Origin: an uncultured Chitinophagaceae bacterium
GTDB lineage: Bacteria > Bacteroidota > Bacteroidia > Chitinophagales > CAIOSU01
Length of the DNA: 64,000 nucleotides
NCBI GenBank assembly: GCA_964543705.1
Contig: CAZIZP010000005.1
Coordinates: 1,612 to 65,611, forward strand
Reading direction: 5' to 3'
A program made the position numbers and the translations under genes. Below, in pieces: positions 18,217-27,055 of the stretch. The stretch's first letter is position 1. Each line of letters starts with the position of its first letter. A model generated the notes under the pieces. It was not told the origin of the DNA. It was given only the letters and a program-made list of their open reading frames with translations, and ran no database searches.

Positions 18217-20727
18217 TTGCGCTTATTTTTTTCTGGTATTTTTTGGGTGGTTCTATTATGCTTTGGCAGTGGTGTGTTTGCACAGCAGCAAAGCATTTCG
18301 GGCGTTGTTACCGATGCTGAAACAGGCGAACCCATTCCTTATGTAAATGTTTACGTAGCAGGAAAATTTACCGGCACTACCACCGATTTAGACGGCAAGT
18401 ATAAATTAGATATTCGCCAAAGAGCCGATAGCTTAGTGGCTTCAGCATTAGGTTATATTGCACAAACTAAAAAAATAGCAGGCAGCACACTTAATTTCGA
18501 GCTTGCCTCAGAAAGTTTCAATTTAAATGAAATTACGATTAATGCGGGTGAAAATCCTGCTGATATTTTATTCAGAAAAATGGTTTCGGCAAAACCACAA
18601 AATAATGTAGTAAACCTTAAAACTTTTCAGTATGAAAGCTACACTAAATATGAAATAGATTTAGATAACGTAAAGCCTTCAGATATTGATAAAAATATTC
18701 TGCTGAAAGGGTTCGATTTTCTGAAAGATTATATTGATACCATGAGTGAAAAGGGCAAATCGGTATTGCCTATTTTTTTCGTAGAACAAATTTCTGACAA
18801 CTACTACCAGTCGAGCCCGCAGAAAAGTATGGAGCGCGTGAAGGGGCAAAAGATGACCATGATAAGAGATAACCCCACGATAACCGAACTGTTGGGCAAC
18901 GTAAATCAAAACTTCAATATTTACGAAAACCTTATAACCATTATGGGTAAAAACATGATTAGCCCTATAGCCGATTATGGACTTACCGCCTATAAATATC
19001 ATATCAACGAGCTCGATACCCTGTATATAGATGGTATGCCGCACTTCACCATGAAGTTTAAACCTAAAAGAAAAGGCGATTTTACATTTTCAGGAAAAAT
19101 GCTGGTAAATATTAATAACTACGCTGTGCGAAGCATAGAGGCTGATATTCCTGCTGACATCAATATTGGATTTATTAAAGATTTCACGTTTACTCAAGAG
19201 TTTTTCCCTGTTCAATATTTTGATAATGCTGCCGATACTATGCGCTATTTCTATGCGCCATTAAAAGAAACTTTAAAAATGAACCTTACCGCTAATGTGG
19301 GTAAAAGCGCACAAGTAATTGTGAAAAAAAGCAAGAGCTACCAAAATCATGTAATTAATGAGTCCATTGCAGAAAATATTTTCGACCCTTATAAAGTAAC
19401 TATGGTTGAAGATTCGGCTTATATAAGAAATGAAGTTTTTTGGGACACTATACGCCATGAAAAATTACTAACCTCTGAAGCCGGCATTTATGAAATGGTA
19501 GATAGCCTGAAACGCACCAGCAAGTTTAAAGTAGTAAAATATGCTTTGGGAACTATTGTGGGTGGCTTTGCAAAATTTGGCCCTGTAGAATTAGGAAATG
19601 TAGCTCAAATATTTTCGAGAAATCAGGTTGAAGGTTGGCGCATAAGAATGGGAATAAGAACCAATAGAGATTTTAGCGAGCGCATGCAATTTTATGCTTA
19701 TGGTGCTTATGGTTTCGATGATAAACGGTTTAAATACGGTGGAAAATCAATTTTTATTTTGTCTAAAAAACCCTGGCATAAGCTCACCCTTTCGGGCAGA
19801 ACCGATATAGATTTTATGAGTCGTCATGCCGAAGAAATGGATCAAGACAACGTATTTACTTTAGTACAAAAGAAAAATGTAACACAACGGTTATATAATA
19901 TTGAAGAAGGCCAGTTGATATATGACAATGAGTTTTACAAAGACATGACTTCTTATACCACCATTCGTTACAGAACCTATGAGCCTTTTTTCAATTTTCA
20001 ATTTCAGCATGAGGGCATTGACAAAAAGAAAATAGTCACCTCTGAAGTTGGCTATGCTATTCGCTGGCAACACAAATCTAAAAGCCTTCCCGGAGTTTTT
20101 GATAGAGATGCAAAAGCCAATCGCTTCTTTGCACAATTCAGAAAGAAAAGCGATTTCCCTGTAGTGTGGTTAAAGTATTTAGCAGGCGTACCGAATATTG
20201 CCAACAGCCAGTTTGCTTATCACGATATAAGCTTAGGGTTTCAGGGCGATGTAATTCTTACAGCCAAGCAATACTTCTATTACAATCTTTGGTTTGGAAA
20301 AATTTATGGCACAGTACCATTTTTATTACTGAAAAATCCCGAAGGCAACTTTCACCATGTGCACAACAAATATTTGTTTAATAACATGAATCTATTGGAA
20401 TTTTCTGCCGACCAATATGCCTCACTCAACTTTCAGTATTTCTTTGGTGGCTGGATTGCTGATCATTTGCCCTTAATTAAAAAATTAAAGTTGCGTGGCG
20501 TTGCCACCTCTAATATTTTCTATGGTTCAGTAAACCAAGCAAATAGAGAATACAACAAGTTTAATAATATTGGCATTGCCTACCCCATTCCATATGTTGA
20601 AGCAGGCTTCGGCATAGAAAATATTCTGAAATTTATTCGCATAGATTGCATTTGGCGTGTAACCCAACGCGACCGACCTGAGGCCTACAAGTTTGGCGTA
20701 TATGCCAGCTTATTTATCAAAGTGTAG
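18217..20727 (+). CDS. CarboxypepD_reg-like plus DUF5686-type outer-membrane protein
   Basis: Signal peptide. N-terminal ISGVVTDAETGEPIPYVNVYV carboxypeptidase-regulatory-like domain. The roughly 830-aa size and architecture match Bacteroidota DUF5686 proteins, as recalled from memory. Confidence 0.65.
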   Translation: MRLFFSGIFWVVLLCFGSGVFAQQQSISGVVTDAETGEPIPYVNVYVAGKFTGTTTDLDGKYKLDIRQRADSLVASALGYIAQTKKIAGSTLNFELASESFNLNEITINAGENPADILFRKMVSAKPQNNVVNLKTFQYESYTKYEIDLDNVKPSDIDKNILLKGFDFLKDYIDTMSEKGKSVLPIFFVEQISDNYYQSSPQKSMERVKGQKMTMIRDNPTITELLGNVNQNFNIYENLITIMGKNMISPIADYGLTAYKYHINELDTLYIDGMPHFTMKFKPKRKGDFTFSGKMLVNINNYAVRSIEADIPADINIGFIKDFTFTQEFFPVQYFDNAADTMRYFYAPLKETLKMNLTANVGKSAQVIVKKSKSYQNHVINESIAENIFDPYKVTMVEDSAYIRNEVFWDTIRHEKLLTSEAGIYEMVDSLKRTSKFKVVKYALGTIVGGFAKFGPVELGNVAQIFSRNQVEGWRIRMGIRTNRDFSERMQFYAYGAYGFDDKRFKYGGKSIFILSKKPWHKLTLSGRTDIDFMSRHAEEMDQDNVFTLVQKKNVTQRLYNIEEGQLIYDNEFYKDMTSYTTIRYRTYEPFFNFQFQHEGIDKKKIVTSEVGYAIRWQHKSKSLPGVFDRDAKANRFFAQFRKKSDFPVVWLKYLAGVPNIANSQFAYHDISLGFQGDVILTAKQYFYYNLWFGKIYGTVPFLLLKNPEGNFHHVHNKYLFNNMNLLEFSADQYASLNFQYFFGGWIADHLPLIKKLKLRGVATSNIFYGSVNQANREYNKFNNIGIAYPIPYVEAGFGIENILKFIRIDCIWRVTQRDRPEAYKFGVYASLFIKV

Positions 20728-20766
20728 TTTGCCTCGTAAATTTCCATGTAGCTCAATGCTATAATT

Positions 20767-20774
20767 TATCTTTG
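20767..20774 (+). promoter_or_regulatory. Candidate -7 box (TAnnTTTG) for ileS
   Basis: TATCTTTG, 24 nt upstream of ATG 20799. The box overlaps the TTG start at 20772 given in the ORF track, which argues against that start. Confidence 0.45.
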
Positions 20775-20798
20775 CAATTCTTTTTTATTAGTTTGAAT

Positions 20799-23700
20799 AT
20801 GAGCCAGAAGATATATCCTGAAGTAAAGCAACTCAATCTGCCCGAAATAGATAAGCAGATATTACAGTTTTGGAATGCAAACAACACCTTTGAACAAAGC
20901 ATCGAAACCCGAAAAGATGCCGAGCCTTTTGTGTTTTTTGAAGGACCACCTAGTGCAAACGGAATGCCGGGTATTCACCACGTAATGAGCCGCACACTTA
21001 AAGATTTGTTTTGCCGCTACCAGACTTTGAAAGGTAAAAAGGTAGAGCGCAAGGGTGGTTGGGATACACATGGTTTGCCTATAGAACTGGCAGTAGAAAA
21101 AAGATTAGGCATTAATAAAGAAGATATAGGCGTAAAAATTTCAGTTGCCGATTATAATGCTGAATGCCGCAAAGAGGTTTTAAAGTATAAAGAAAAGTGG
21201 GATGAACTCACCCGTAAAATGGGCTATTGGGTGGACTTGGAAAACCCTTACATCACCTACGAAAACGAATACATCGAAACCCTTTGGTGGATTTTAAAAC
21301 AGTTTTACAATAAAGGGCTGCTATACAAAGGCTACACCATTCAGCCCTATTCGCCCGCAGCCGGCACAGGTCTTAGTTCTCATGAATTGAACTTACCAGG
21401 ATGCTATAGAAATGTGAAGGATACCAGTGCAACGGTGCAGTTTAAAATTAGCCCCACCCAAACCCTCCCCTTCAGGGAGGGCTTAGAAGTGCTACAAAAT
21501 ATCGTTACGAACCCAAACTCCCCCTCTGAAGGAGGGGGCAGGGGGGAGGCATTTTTCCTTGCTTGGACCACCACTCCTTGGACTTTACCCTCTAACTGCG
21601 CATTAGCTGTTGGGGCAAACATTGAATATGTATCGGTTAAAACTTTTAACCCATACACTTTCTTGCCTGTTAATGTTATTCTGGCTAAAGATTTAATTCT
21701 GAGAAATCTGAATTATGAACAATTAGAAAAATGGGTAATTGGTAATTTGTTGGATGGAGAGATTTTAAGTTTATCTTCTGACAAGGGTTTTGACGGGAAA
21801 ATCAACTTATTTGGAAAAGATTTATTTGTTGAAATAAAGAATAATGAAGTTGATTTAAAATCCTTAAATAAAATTTCTGAAGTTGCAATTAAAAATAAAC
21901 TTGAAGAAGTTTTACTGATTTGTCTTAATGAGAAAGAAGAAATTATAGAAATTGAAGGTGTAAAAATTGAGATTGTTTCTATAAATAAATTACTGAATTG
22001 TAATTCAAAAAATCAACCACTTAATGAGTTAGTAAAAAAGAATTTAATTGTGTTCAAAGGCAGCGACCTAGCAGGCATCCGCTACGAACAACTACTACCT
22101 TTTGTTCAGCCTGAAAGTGGAGACAATTTCAAAGTAGTGATGGGAGATTTTGTTTCTACTGAAGATGGAACAGGTATTGTGCATATCGCACCAAGTTTTG
22201 GTGCAGATGATATGCGCGTAGGCAAGCAAAATGGTGTGGGCGCACTAACATTAGTAGATAAGCGTGGTAAATTTTTACCCGAAGTGAAAGACGATATTTT
22301 TTTGTATGGAGAAGAATTTGTGAAAGAAGCTTATTTAACCGAAGCAGAAAAACAAACCGAATTTGAAAAGCAGAAAAAAATTCTGGAAGCCAACGGCAAA
22401 ATAAAAGAACTGAAAAGCTACCTGAGCGTTGACGACCGCATTGTGCTGAAATTGCAGGAAGAAAACAAGCTCTTCAAAAAAGAAAAATACGAACACAACT
22501 ACCCACATTGCTGGCGCACCGATAAACCAATTTTATACTATCCGTTAGATAGCTGGTTTATTAAAACTACCGCCATTAAAGAGCGCATGGTTGAGTTAAA
22601 TAAAACTATTAACTGGAAACCCGAAAGCACCGGCACAGGGCGTTTTGGTAATTGGTTAGAAAACTTGGTAGATTGGAATTTATCGCGCTCAAGATATTGG
22701 GGAACACCTTTACCTATTTGGAGAACCGAAGATGGCACTGAAGAAATTTGCATTGGCTCGGTTGAAGAGCTCAATCAGGAAATAGAAAAATCTAAACAAG
22801 CGGGCTTTATGGAAGCCTCCCCTGTAGGGGGAGGTTTTGAGGGGGCTATAGATTTACATAAGCCCTTCGTTGATGAAATTATTTTGGTTTCTCCTACAGG
22901 CAAAAAAATGATGCGTGAAGCAGATTTAATTGATGTGTGGTTCGACAGTGGCGCCATGCCTTATGCACAGTGGCATTATCCATTCGAGAATAAAGAAGTA
23001 TTTGAAAAGAGTTTCCCTGCCGATTTCATTTCAGAAGGCGTTGACCAAACCCGTGGTTGGTTCTTCACGCTTCATGCCATTGGCACTATGTTAATGGGTT
23101 CGGTAGCATTTAAAAATGTTGTGTCTAACGGTTTGGTGTTAGATAAAAATGGCAACAAAATGAGCAAGCGATTGGGTAATACCGTTGAGCCATTTGAAAC
23201 CATTGCCAAATATGGCGCTGATGCTACCCGTTGGTATATGATTACCAATGCGCAACCGTGGGATAATTTGAAGTTTGATATTAACGGAATTGGCGAAGTG
23301 CAACGTAAGTTTTTCGGCACGTTGTTCAATACTTATTCCTTCTTTTCGTTGTATGCCAATATCGATGGCTTTCAGTTGAACGAGCAAAAGATTATTTCGG
23401 TTAAAAACCGCCCCGAAATTGACCGATGGATCATTTCAAAACTCAATACTTTAATAAAAGAAGTAGATGGCTACTATGCCGATTATGAGCCTACCAAAGC
23501 AGGTCGTGCCGTGCAAGATTTTGTTGATGAGCATTTGAGCAATTGGTATGTGCGCTTGTGTCGCAGGCGTTTTTGGAAAGGCGAAATGAACGAAGACAAA
23601 CAAGCCGCATATGAAACGTTGTTTGAGTGTTTAATTGCTATTTCCCAGTTGATGAGTCCAATAGCACCATTCTTTGCAGATTGGTTGTATCAAAACCTGA

Positions 23701-24542
23701 CCAATAATTTGCGCGAGAAAAATTCAAATACCAAGTTTCCATTCAACTCGGTGCATTTATCGCATTTTATTGCAGCCGATGAAAGTTTAATTGATGAAAG
23801 CCTTAACTACTCAATGCAATTGGCACAAGAAGCAAGCTCATTAATACTTTCGCTTCGGAAAAAAGCCAATATCAAAGTGCGCCAGCCTTTGAGCAAAGTT
23901 TTAATTCCTTCACAGGGCGATAGTTTTGAAAAACATTTACTCCACGTTTCAGAATTAATAAAAAGCGAAGTGAACGTGAAACAAATTGATTTGGTGCGCG
24001 ATTTAGATTTCGCTAAAAAGAAAATTAAGCCCAACTTCCGCAACCTTGGAAAAATATTTGGCAAAGAAGTGCCAAAAGTGGTAGAATTGTTACAAACACT
24101 TTCGCAACAAGAATTAAATGCTGCCGAAAAAACCAAAACCATTTCGGTTTCTCTAAACGAAAAAGAACACATCCTTTCTTCCGAAGAATTTGAAATTATT
24201 ACTGAAGACATTCCGGGTTGGGAAGTAGCAGGTTCCGATTTGCTTACGGTTGCCATAGATATTACTATTTCTGAAGAATTGAAAAACGAAGGCAATGCCC
24301 GCGAACTGGTAAATCGCATTCAAAACCTAAGAAAAGAAAAAGATTTTAACGTTACAGACCGCATTAGTATTAGAGTTGAGCAAAATGATGCTATCAATGA
24401 TGCCTTGAATAATTATAAAAACTATATTTGCACCGAAGTTTTGGCGGAGCAGCTAATTATTGAACAACTATTGGAGCAAGCTGACGTGGTGGAAGTGAAC
24501 GAAAATCCGGTGAAACTGATTATCGAACGAAAAAACCAGTAA
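20799..24542 (+). CDS. ileS: Isoleucine--tRNA ligase, type 2, unusually long (1247 aa)
   Basis: HIGH-type PPSANGMPGIHH, editing motif AWTTTPWTLPSN, KMSKRLGN, and a C-terminal region typical of type-2 IleRS. Start set at MSQKIYPEVK. Confidence 0.95.
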   Translation: MSQKIYPEVKQLNLPEIDKQILQFWNANNTFEQSIETRKDAEPFVFFEGPPSANGMPGIHHVMSRTLKDLFCRYQTLKGKKVERKGGWDTHGLPIELAVEKRLGINKEDIGVKISVADYNAECRKEVLKYKEKWDELTRKMGYWVDLENPYITYENEYIETLWWILKQFYNKGLLYKGYTIQPYSPAAGTGLSSHELNLPGCYRNVKDTSATVQFKISPTQTLPFREGLEVLQNIVTNPNSPSEGGGRGEAFFLAWTTTPWTLPSNCALAVGANIEYVSVKTFNPYTFLPVNVILAKDLILRNLNYEQLEKWVIGNLLDGEILSLSSDKGFDGKINLFGKDLFVEIKNNEVDLKSLNKISEVAIKNKLEEVLLICLNEKEEIIEIEGVKIEIVSINKLLNCNSKNQPLNELVKKNLIVFKGSDLAGIRYEQLLPFVQPESGDNFKVVMGDFVSTEDGTGIVHIAPSFGADDMRVGKQNGVGALTLVDKRGKFLPEVKDDIFLYGEEFVKEAYLTEAEKQTEFEKQKKILEANGKIKELKSYLSVDDRIVLKLQEENKLFKKEKYEHNYPHCWRTDKPILYYPLDSWFIKTTAIKERMVELNKTINWKPESTGTGRFGNWLENLVDWNLSRSRYWGTPLPIWRTEDGTEEICIGSVEELNQEIEKSKQAGFMEASPVGGGFEGAIDLHKPFVDEIILVSPTGKKMMREADLIDVWFDSGAMPYAQWHYPFENKEVFEKSFPADFISEGVDQTRGWFFTLHAIGTMLMGSVAFKNVVSNGLVLDKNGNKMSKRLGNTVEPFETIAKYGADATRWYMITNAQPWDNLKFDINGIGEVQRKFFGTLFNTYSFFSLYANIDGFQLNEQKIISVKNRPEIDRWIISKLNTLIKEVDGYYADYEPTKAGRAVQDFVDEHLSNWYVRLCRRRFWKGEMNEDKQAAYETLFECLIAISQLMSPIAPFFADWLYQNLTNNLREKNSNTKFPFNSVHLSHFIAADESLIDESLNYSMQLAQEASSLILSLRKKANIKVRQPLSKVLIPSQGDSFEKHLLHVSELIKSEVNVKQIDLVRDLDFAKKKIKPNFRNLGKIFGKEVPKVVELLQTLSQQELNAAEKTKTISVSLNEKEHILSSEEFEIITEDIPGWEVAGSDLLTVAIDITISEELKNEGNARELVNRIQNLRKEKDFNVTDRISIRVEQNDAINDALNNYKNYICTEVLAEQLIIEQLLEQADVVEVNENPVKLIIERKNQ
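21451..21550. repeat. GC-rich double-hairpin palindromic element inside ileS
   Basis: Hairpin A is CCCTCCC-cttca-GGGAGGG (21463-21481). Hairpin B is CCCCCTC-tgaag-GAGGGGG (21520-21538). The two loops are reverse complements of each other. The ends are G/C-rich and imperfectly inverted (gccccaccc ... ggggggaggc). Confidence 0.6.
22816..22834. repeat. Third related GC-rich hairpin inside ileS
   Basis: CCTCCCC-tgtag-GGGGAGG, followed by ttttgaGGGGGct. It encodes ASPVGGGFEGA. Confidence 0.55.
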
Positions 24543-24546
24543 AACC

Positions 24547-25527
24547 ATGAGCGCAAAAAAAACTGTTGCAAAAGCGAAGCCGGCAGCTAAAAAAGCAGCC
24601 AAGGCACCAGCTAAAAAGTTAGTAGCAAAAAAGGCTCCTGCCAAAAAAGTAGCGGCTAAAAAAGCGGCCCCAAAAAAGGTGGCAAAATCGGGGTCTTCGG
24701 TTGCCAAAACACTTAAAAACATTGTAAGCAAAGTAGCTTCTGCTTTAAAAACAAAGCCTGTGGCTAAGAAAAAAGCAAAAACAGTTGCTAAGCCTGTGGC
24801 AAAAAAAGTTGTTAAGGCCACAAAACCAGCTCCTAAAAAAGTTACAGTTAAAAAACCGGTGGCTAATGCAAAACCAGCCCCAAAGAAAATAGCTAAAGTA
24901 ATAAAGCCGGCAGCTAAAAAGCTAGTTGCAAAGGCACCTGCTAAAAAAGTGGTAGCCGCAAAGCCCACACCTAAAAAAGTTGTAAAACCGGCAGCAAAAG
25001 CACCAGTAAAAAAAGTAGCGGTAGCTGCTAAGCCTGAACCCAAGCCTGTTTATAAAAAGGTTGAACCAAAAGCAAAACCTGCTGTTTCAAAAACAGTAAC
25101 TGTAAATAAACCTATTGTGAAGAACGATACTATGAAGACAAAAGGAAAGCCTGAAAAAACCAGCTATTCAGATGCTGAGTTGGAAGAGTTCAGAGCATTA
25201 ATTAACAAAAAAATTGCTGCTGCAAGAGAAGAATTAAAATACCTGCAAGAGCAAATAAATCGCAATTCATCTATTGGCGATACTGATGCTGATACTACTT
25301 TCAGCGGCTTAGAGGATGGCACTGCTTCCATGGAGCGCGAATATTTAAACCAAATGGCAGCTCGTCAAATCAGCTATATTGGTCACTTAGAAAATGCCTT
25401 AGTAAGAATTCAGAATAAAACTTACGGCATTTGCAGAGAAACCGGAAAGTTGATTCCTAAAGAACGTCTTAGAGCAGTACCTCATGCAACATTAAGCATT
25501 GAAGCCAAATTGGCTAAAGACCACTAA
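24547..25527 (+). CDS. DksA/TraR-family protein with histone-H1-like Lys/Ala/Pro-rich N-terminal extension
   Basis: The C-terminal 125 aa is DksA/TraR-like: coiled coil EELKYLQEQI followed by YGICRETGKLIPKERLRAVPHATLSIEAK. Residues 1 to about 190 are AKKxxAKK / PAPKK low-complexity repeats. Confidence 0.8.
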   Translation: MSAKKTVAKAKPAAKKAAKAPAKKLVAKKAPAKKVAAKKAAPKKVAKSGSSVAKTLKNIVSKVASALKTKPVAKKKAKTVAKPVAKKVVKATKPAPKKVTVKKPVANAKPAPKKIAKVIKPAAKKLVAKAPAKKVVAAKPTPKKVVKPAAKAPVKKVAVAAKPEPKPVYKKVEPKAKPAVSKTVTVNKPIVKNDTMKTKGKPEKTSYSDAELEEFRALINKKIAAAREELKYLQEQINRNSSIGDTDADTTFSGLEDGTASMEREYLNQMAARQISYIGHLENALVRIQNKTYGICRETGKLIPKERLRAVPHATLSIEAKLAKDH

Positions 25528-25536
25528 TAGAAGGCT

Positions 25537-26199
25537 TTGAAGAAATTTGCACCACCTCTAGTTCTTATCGCACTAATTCTGTTAGCTGACCAAATTTTAA
25601 AAGTTTGGATTAAAACTAACATGTACTTAGGACAAGAGTATTTAATCATAGGCGATTGGTTTCGAATACACTTCACCGAAAATGAAGGTATGGCTTTTGG
25701 CATGAAATTAGGCGGTGATTATGGCAAGCTGTTGCTCAGTTTATTCAGAATTGGGGCGGTGGGCTTTATTGGATATTATCTATACACTATAATCAAAGAA
25801 AACCAACCTAAAGGTCTTGTTTTAAGTATATCACTAATACTTGCTGGTGCATTGGGAAATATAGTTGACAGCGTGTTTTATGGAGTGATATTTTCTGATA
25901 GCGCTATGCAAATAGCTACGTTTATGCCCGCTGAAGGAGGTTATGCTTCATGGTTTCATGGCCGGGTGGTAGATATGTTTTATTTTCCCATTATCAGTGG
26001 CTTTTTTCCAGATTGGGTGCCCTTTTGGGGTGGTGAATATTTTCAGTTTTTCCGCCCTGTATTTAATATTGCCGATGCAGCTATTACCACAGGTGTTTTT
26101 ATGATTTTAGTGTTTCAAAGAAGTTTTTTCTTAGATGAAGAGGAAAAAGACAAATATGTAGAGAGCGATAACAAAGAAACTAATTTGCCTACAACCTAA
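25537..26199 (+). CDS. lspA: Lipoprotein signal peptidase (signal peptidase II)
   Basis: TTG start. Motifs NEGMAFG, GALGNIVDS and FNIADAAIT, with four TM segments. The position after ileS-traR is conserved. Confidence 0.9.
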   Translation: MKKFAPPLVLIALILLADQILKVWIKTNMYLGQEYLIIGDWFRIHFTENEGMAFGMKLGGDYGKLLLSLFRIGAVGFIGYYLYTIIKENQPKGLVLSISLILAGALGNIVDSVFYGVIFSDSAMQIATFMPAEGGYASWFHGRVVDMFYFPIISGFFPDWVPFWGGEYFQFFRPVFNIADAAITTGVFMILVFQRSFFLDEEEKDKYVESDNKETNLPTT

Positions 26200-26252
26200 A
26201 AAACATTTAATCATTACGAAACATATTTCTTTCACAAGCCCCGAAATGATTC

Positions 26253-26260
26253 TATTTTTG
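26253..26260 (+). promoter_or_regulatory. Candidate -7 box (TAnnTTTG) for gcvH
   Basis: TATTTTTG, 18 nt upstream of ATG 26279. Confidence 0.4.
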
Positions 26261-26278
26261 GGCAAACAATTTTAGATT

Positions 26279-26659
26279 ATGAATTTTCCTGAAAATTTAA
26301 AGTATTCAAAAGACCATGAGTGGGTTCGCATTGAAGGCGAATTTGGTTATGTTGGTATTACTGATTTTGCTCAAAAAGAATTGGGCGATATTGTGTATGT
26401 AGATGTAAATACCGTTGGTAAAACATTAAATAAAGAAGCCGTTTTCGGTTCAGTAGAAGCCGTAAAAACAGTGTCAGATTTGTTTATGCCTGTTTCTGGT
26501 GAAATAGTAGAGCTGAATGCTGCTTTAGACGGCTCGCCTGAGTCGGTTAACAACGACCCTTATGGAGGTGGTTGGATGGTAAAAGTTAAGCTTTCCAGCC
26601 CTTCAGAGTTGGATGAGTTAATGGATAGTAACGCTTATCGCCAGCTGATTGGGCAGTAA
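26279..26659 (+). CDS. gcvH: Glycine cleavage system protein H
   Basis: 126 aa. YSKDHEWV and GITDFAQ motifs, and the lipoyl-lysine context [20 protein letters not shown]. Confidence 0.9.
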   Translation: MNFPENLKYSKDHEWVRIEGEFGYVGITDFAQKELGDIVYVDVNTVGKTLNKEAVFGSVEAVKTVSDLFMPVSGEIVELNAALDGSPESVNNDPYGGGWMVKVKLSSPSELDELMDSNAYRQLIGQ

Positions 26660-26668
26660 TAGCAATTA

Positions 26669-27055
26669 ATGTCTTTTTTAAGGTTTCATTTTTTCACCTT
26701 ACTTTGGGCTGGTATAATAATACTAATGTCTTTTTATCCAGGAAAAGATTTACCAAAAGTAGATTTTTGGCAGTTGCTTACATTTGATAAGTTTATGCAC
26801 ATAAGCTGTTACATGCTGCTTTTTTTCTTAATGAATGTTGGCGGAATGAAGCAATATGGTTATCAGATAAAAAGATACAGGATTACCGGAATTACGTTTA
26901 CAACCTGCATTTTTTATGGCATTTTGGTCGAAATATTGCAGCCAATTTTATCTGAAGACCGTTTTTTTGATTTTTTTGACATATTTGCTAATACAATAGG
27001 TTGTATATTCGGCATATTTCTTTTTAAATTTGTTTACTCTAAAAGTTTGAACTAA
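26669..27055 (+). CDS. VanZ-like membrane protein
   Basis: 128 aa with four TM helices and a DKFMH motif. Confidence 0.65.
   Translation: MSFLRFHFFTLLWAGIIILMSFYPGKDLPKVDFWQLLTFDKFMHISCYMLLFFLMNVGGMKQYGYQIKRYRITGITFTTCIFYGILVEILQPILSEDRFFDFFDIFANTIGCIFGIFLFKFVYSKSLN

Noticed and set aside
20772-20798. N-terminal extensions in the ORF track: ileS TTG 20772, 31417, 36213, 41596, 48832, 52028, 14531 and 33486.
   Set aside because: In each case an internal ATG gives a canonical N-terminus or signal peptide. In several cases a TAnnTTTG box lies within the extension.
21451-22050. Possibility that the ileS insertions are an intein or a self-splicing intron.
   Set aside because: The segments are in frame with no stops and are too short. 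They lack intein block residues (N-terminal Cys/Ser, C-terminal His-Asn followed by Cys/Ser/Thr). They show no group I or group II intron structure beyond simple hairpins.
23807-24319. 170-aa minus-strand ORF inside ileS. Other antisense ORFs lie in ileS at 20862-21071, 21404-21658 and 22538-23387.
   Set aside because: They are fully contained in a confidently identified essential gene on the other strand, with no recognisable domains.
24468-25043. 191-aa minus-strand ORF rich in Gly/Ala/Phe/Leu/Thr.
   Set aside because: It is the antisense shadow of the Lys/Ala-rich (AAA/GCN codon) repeat region of the DksA/TraR gene. There is no independent start context or motif.
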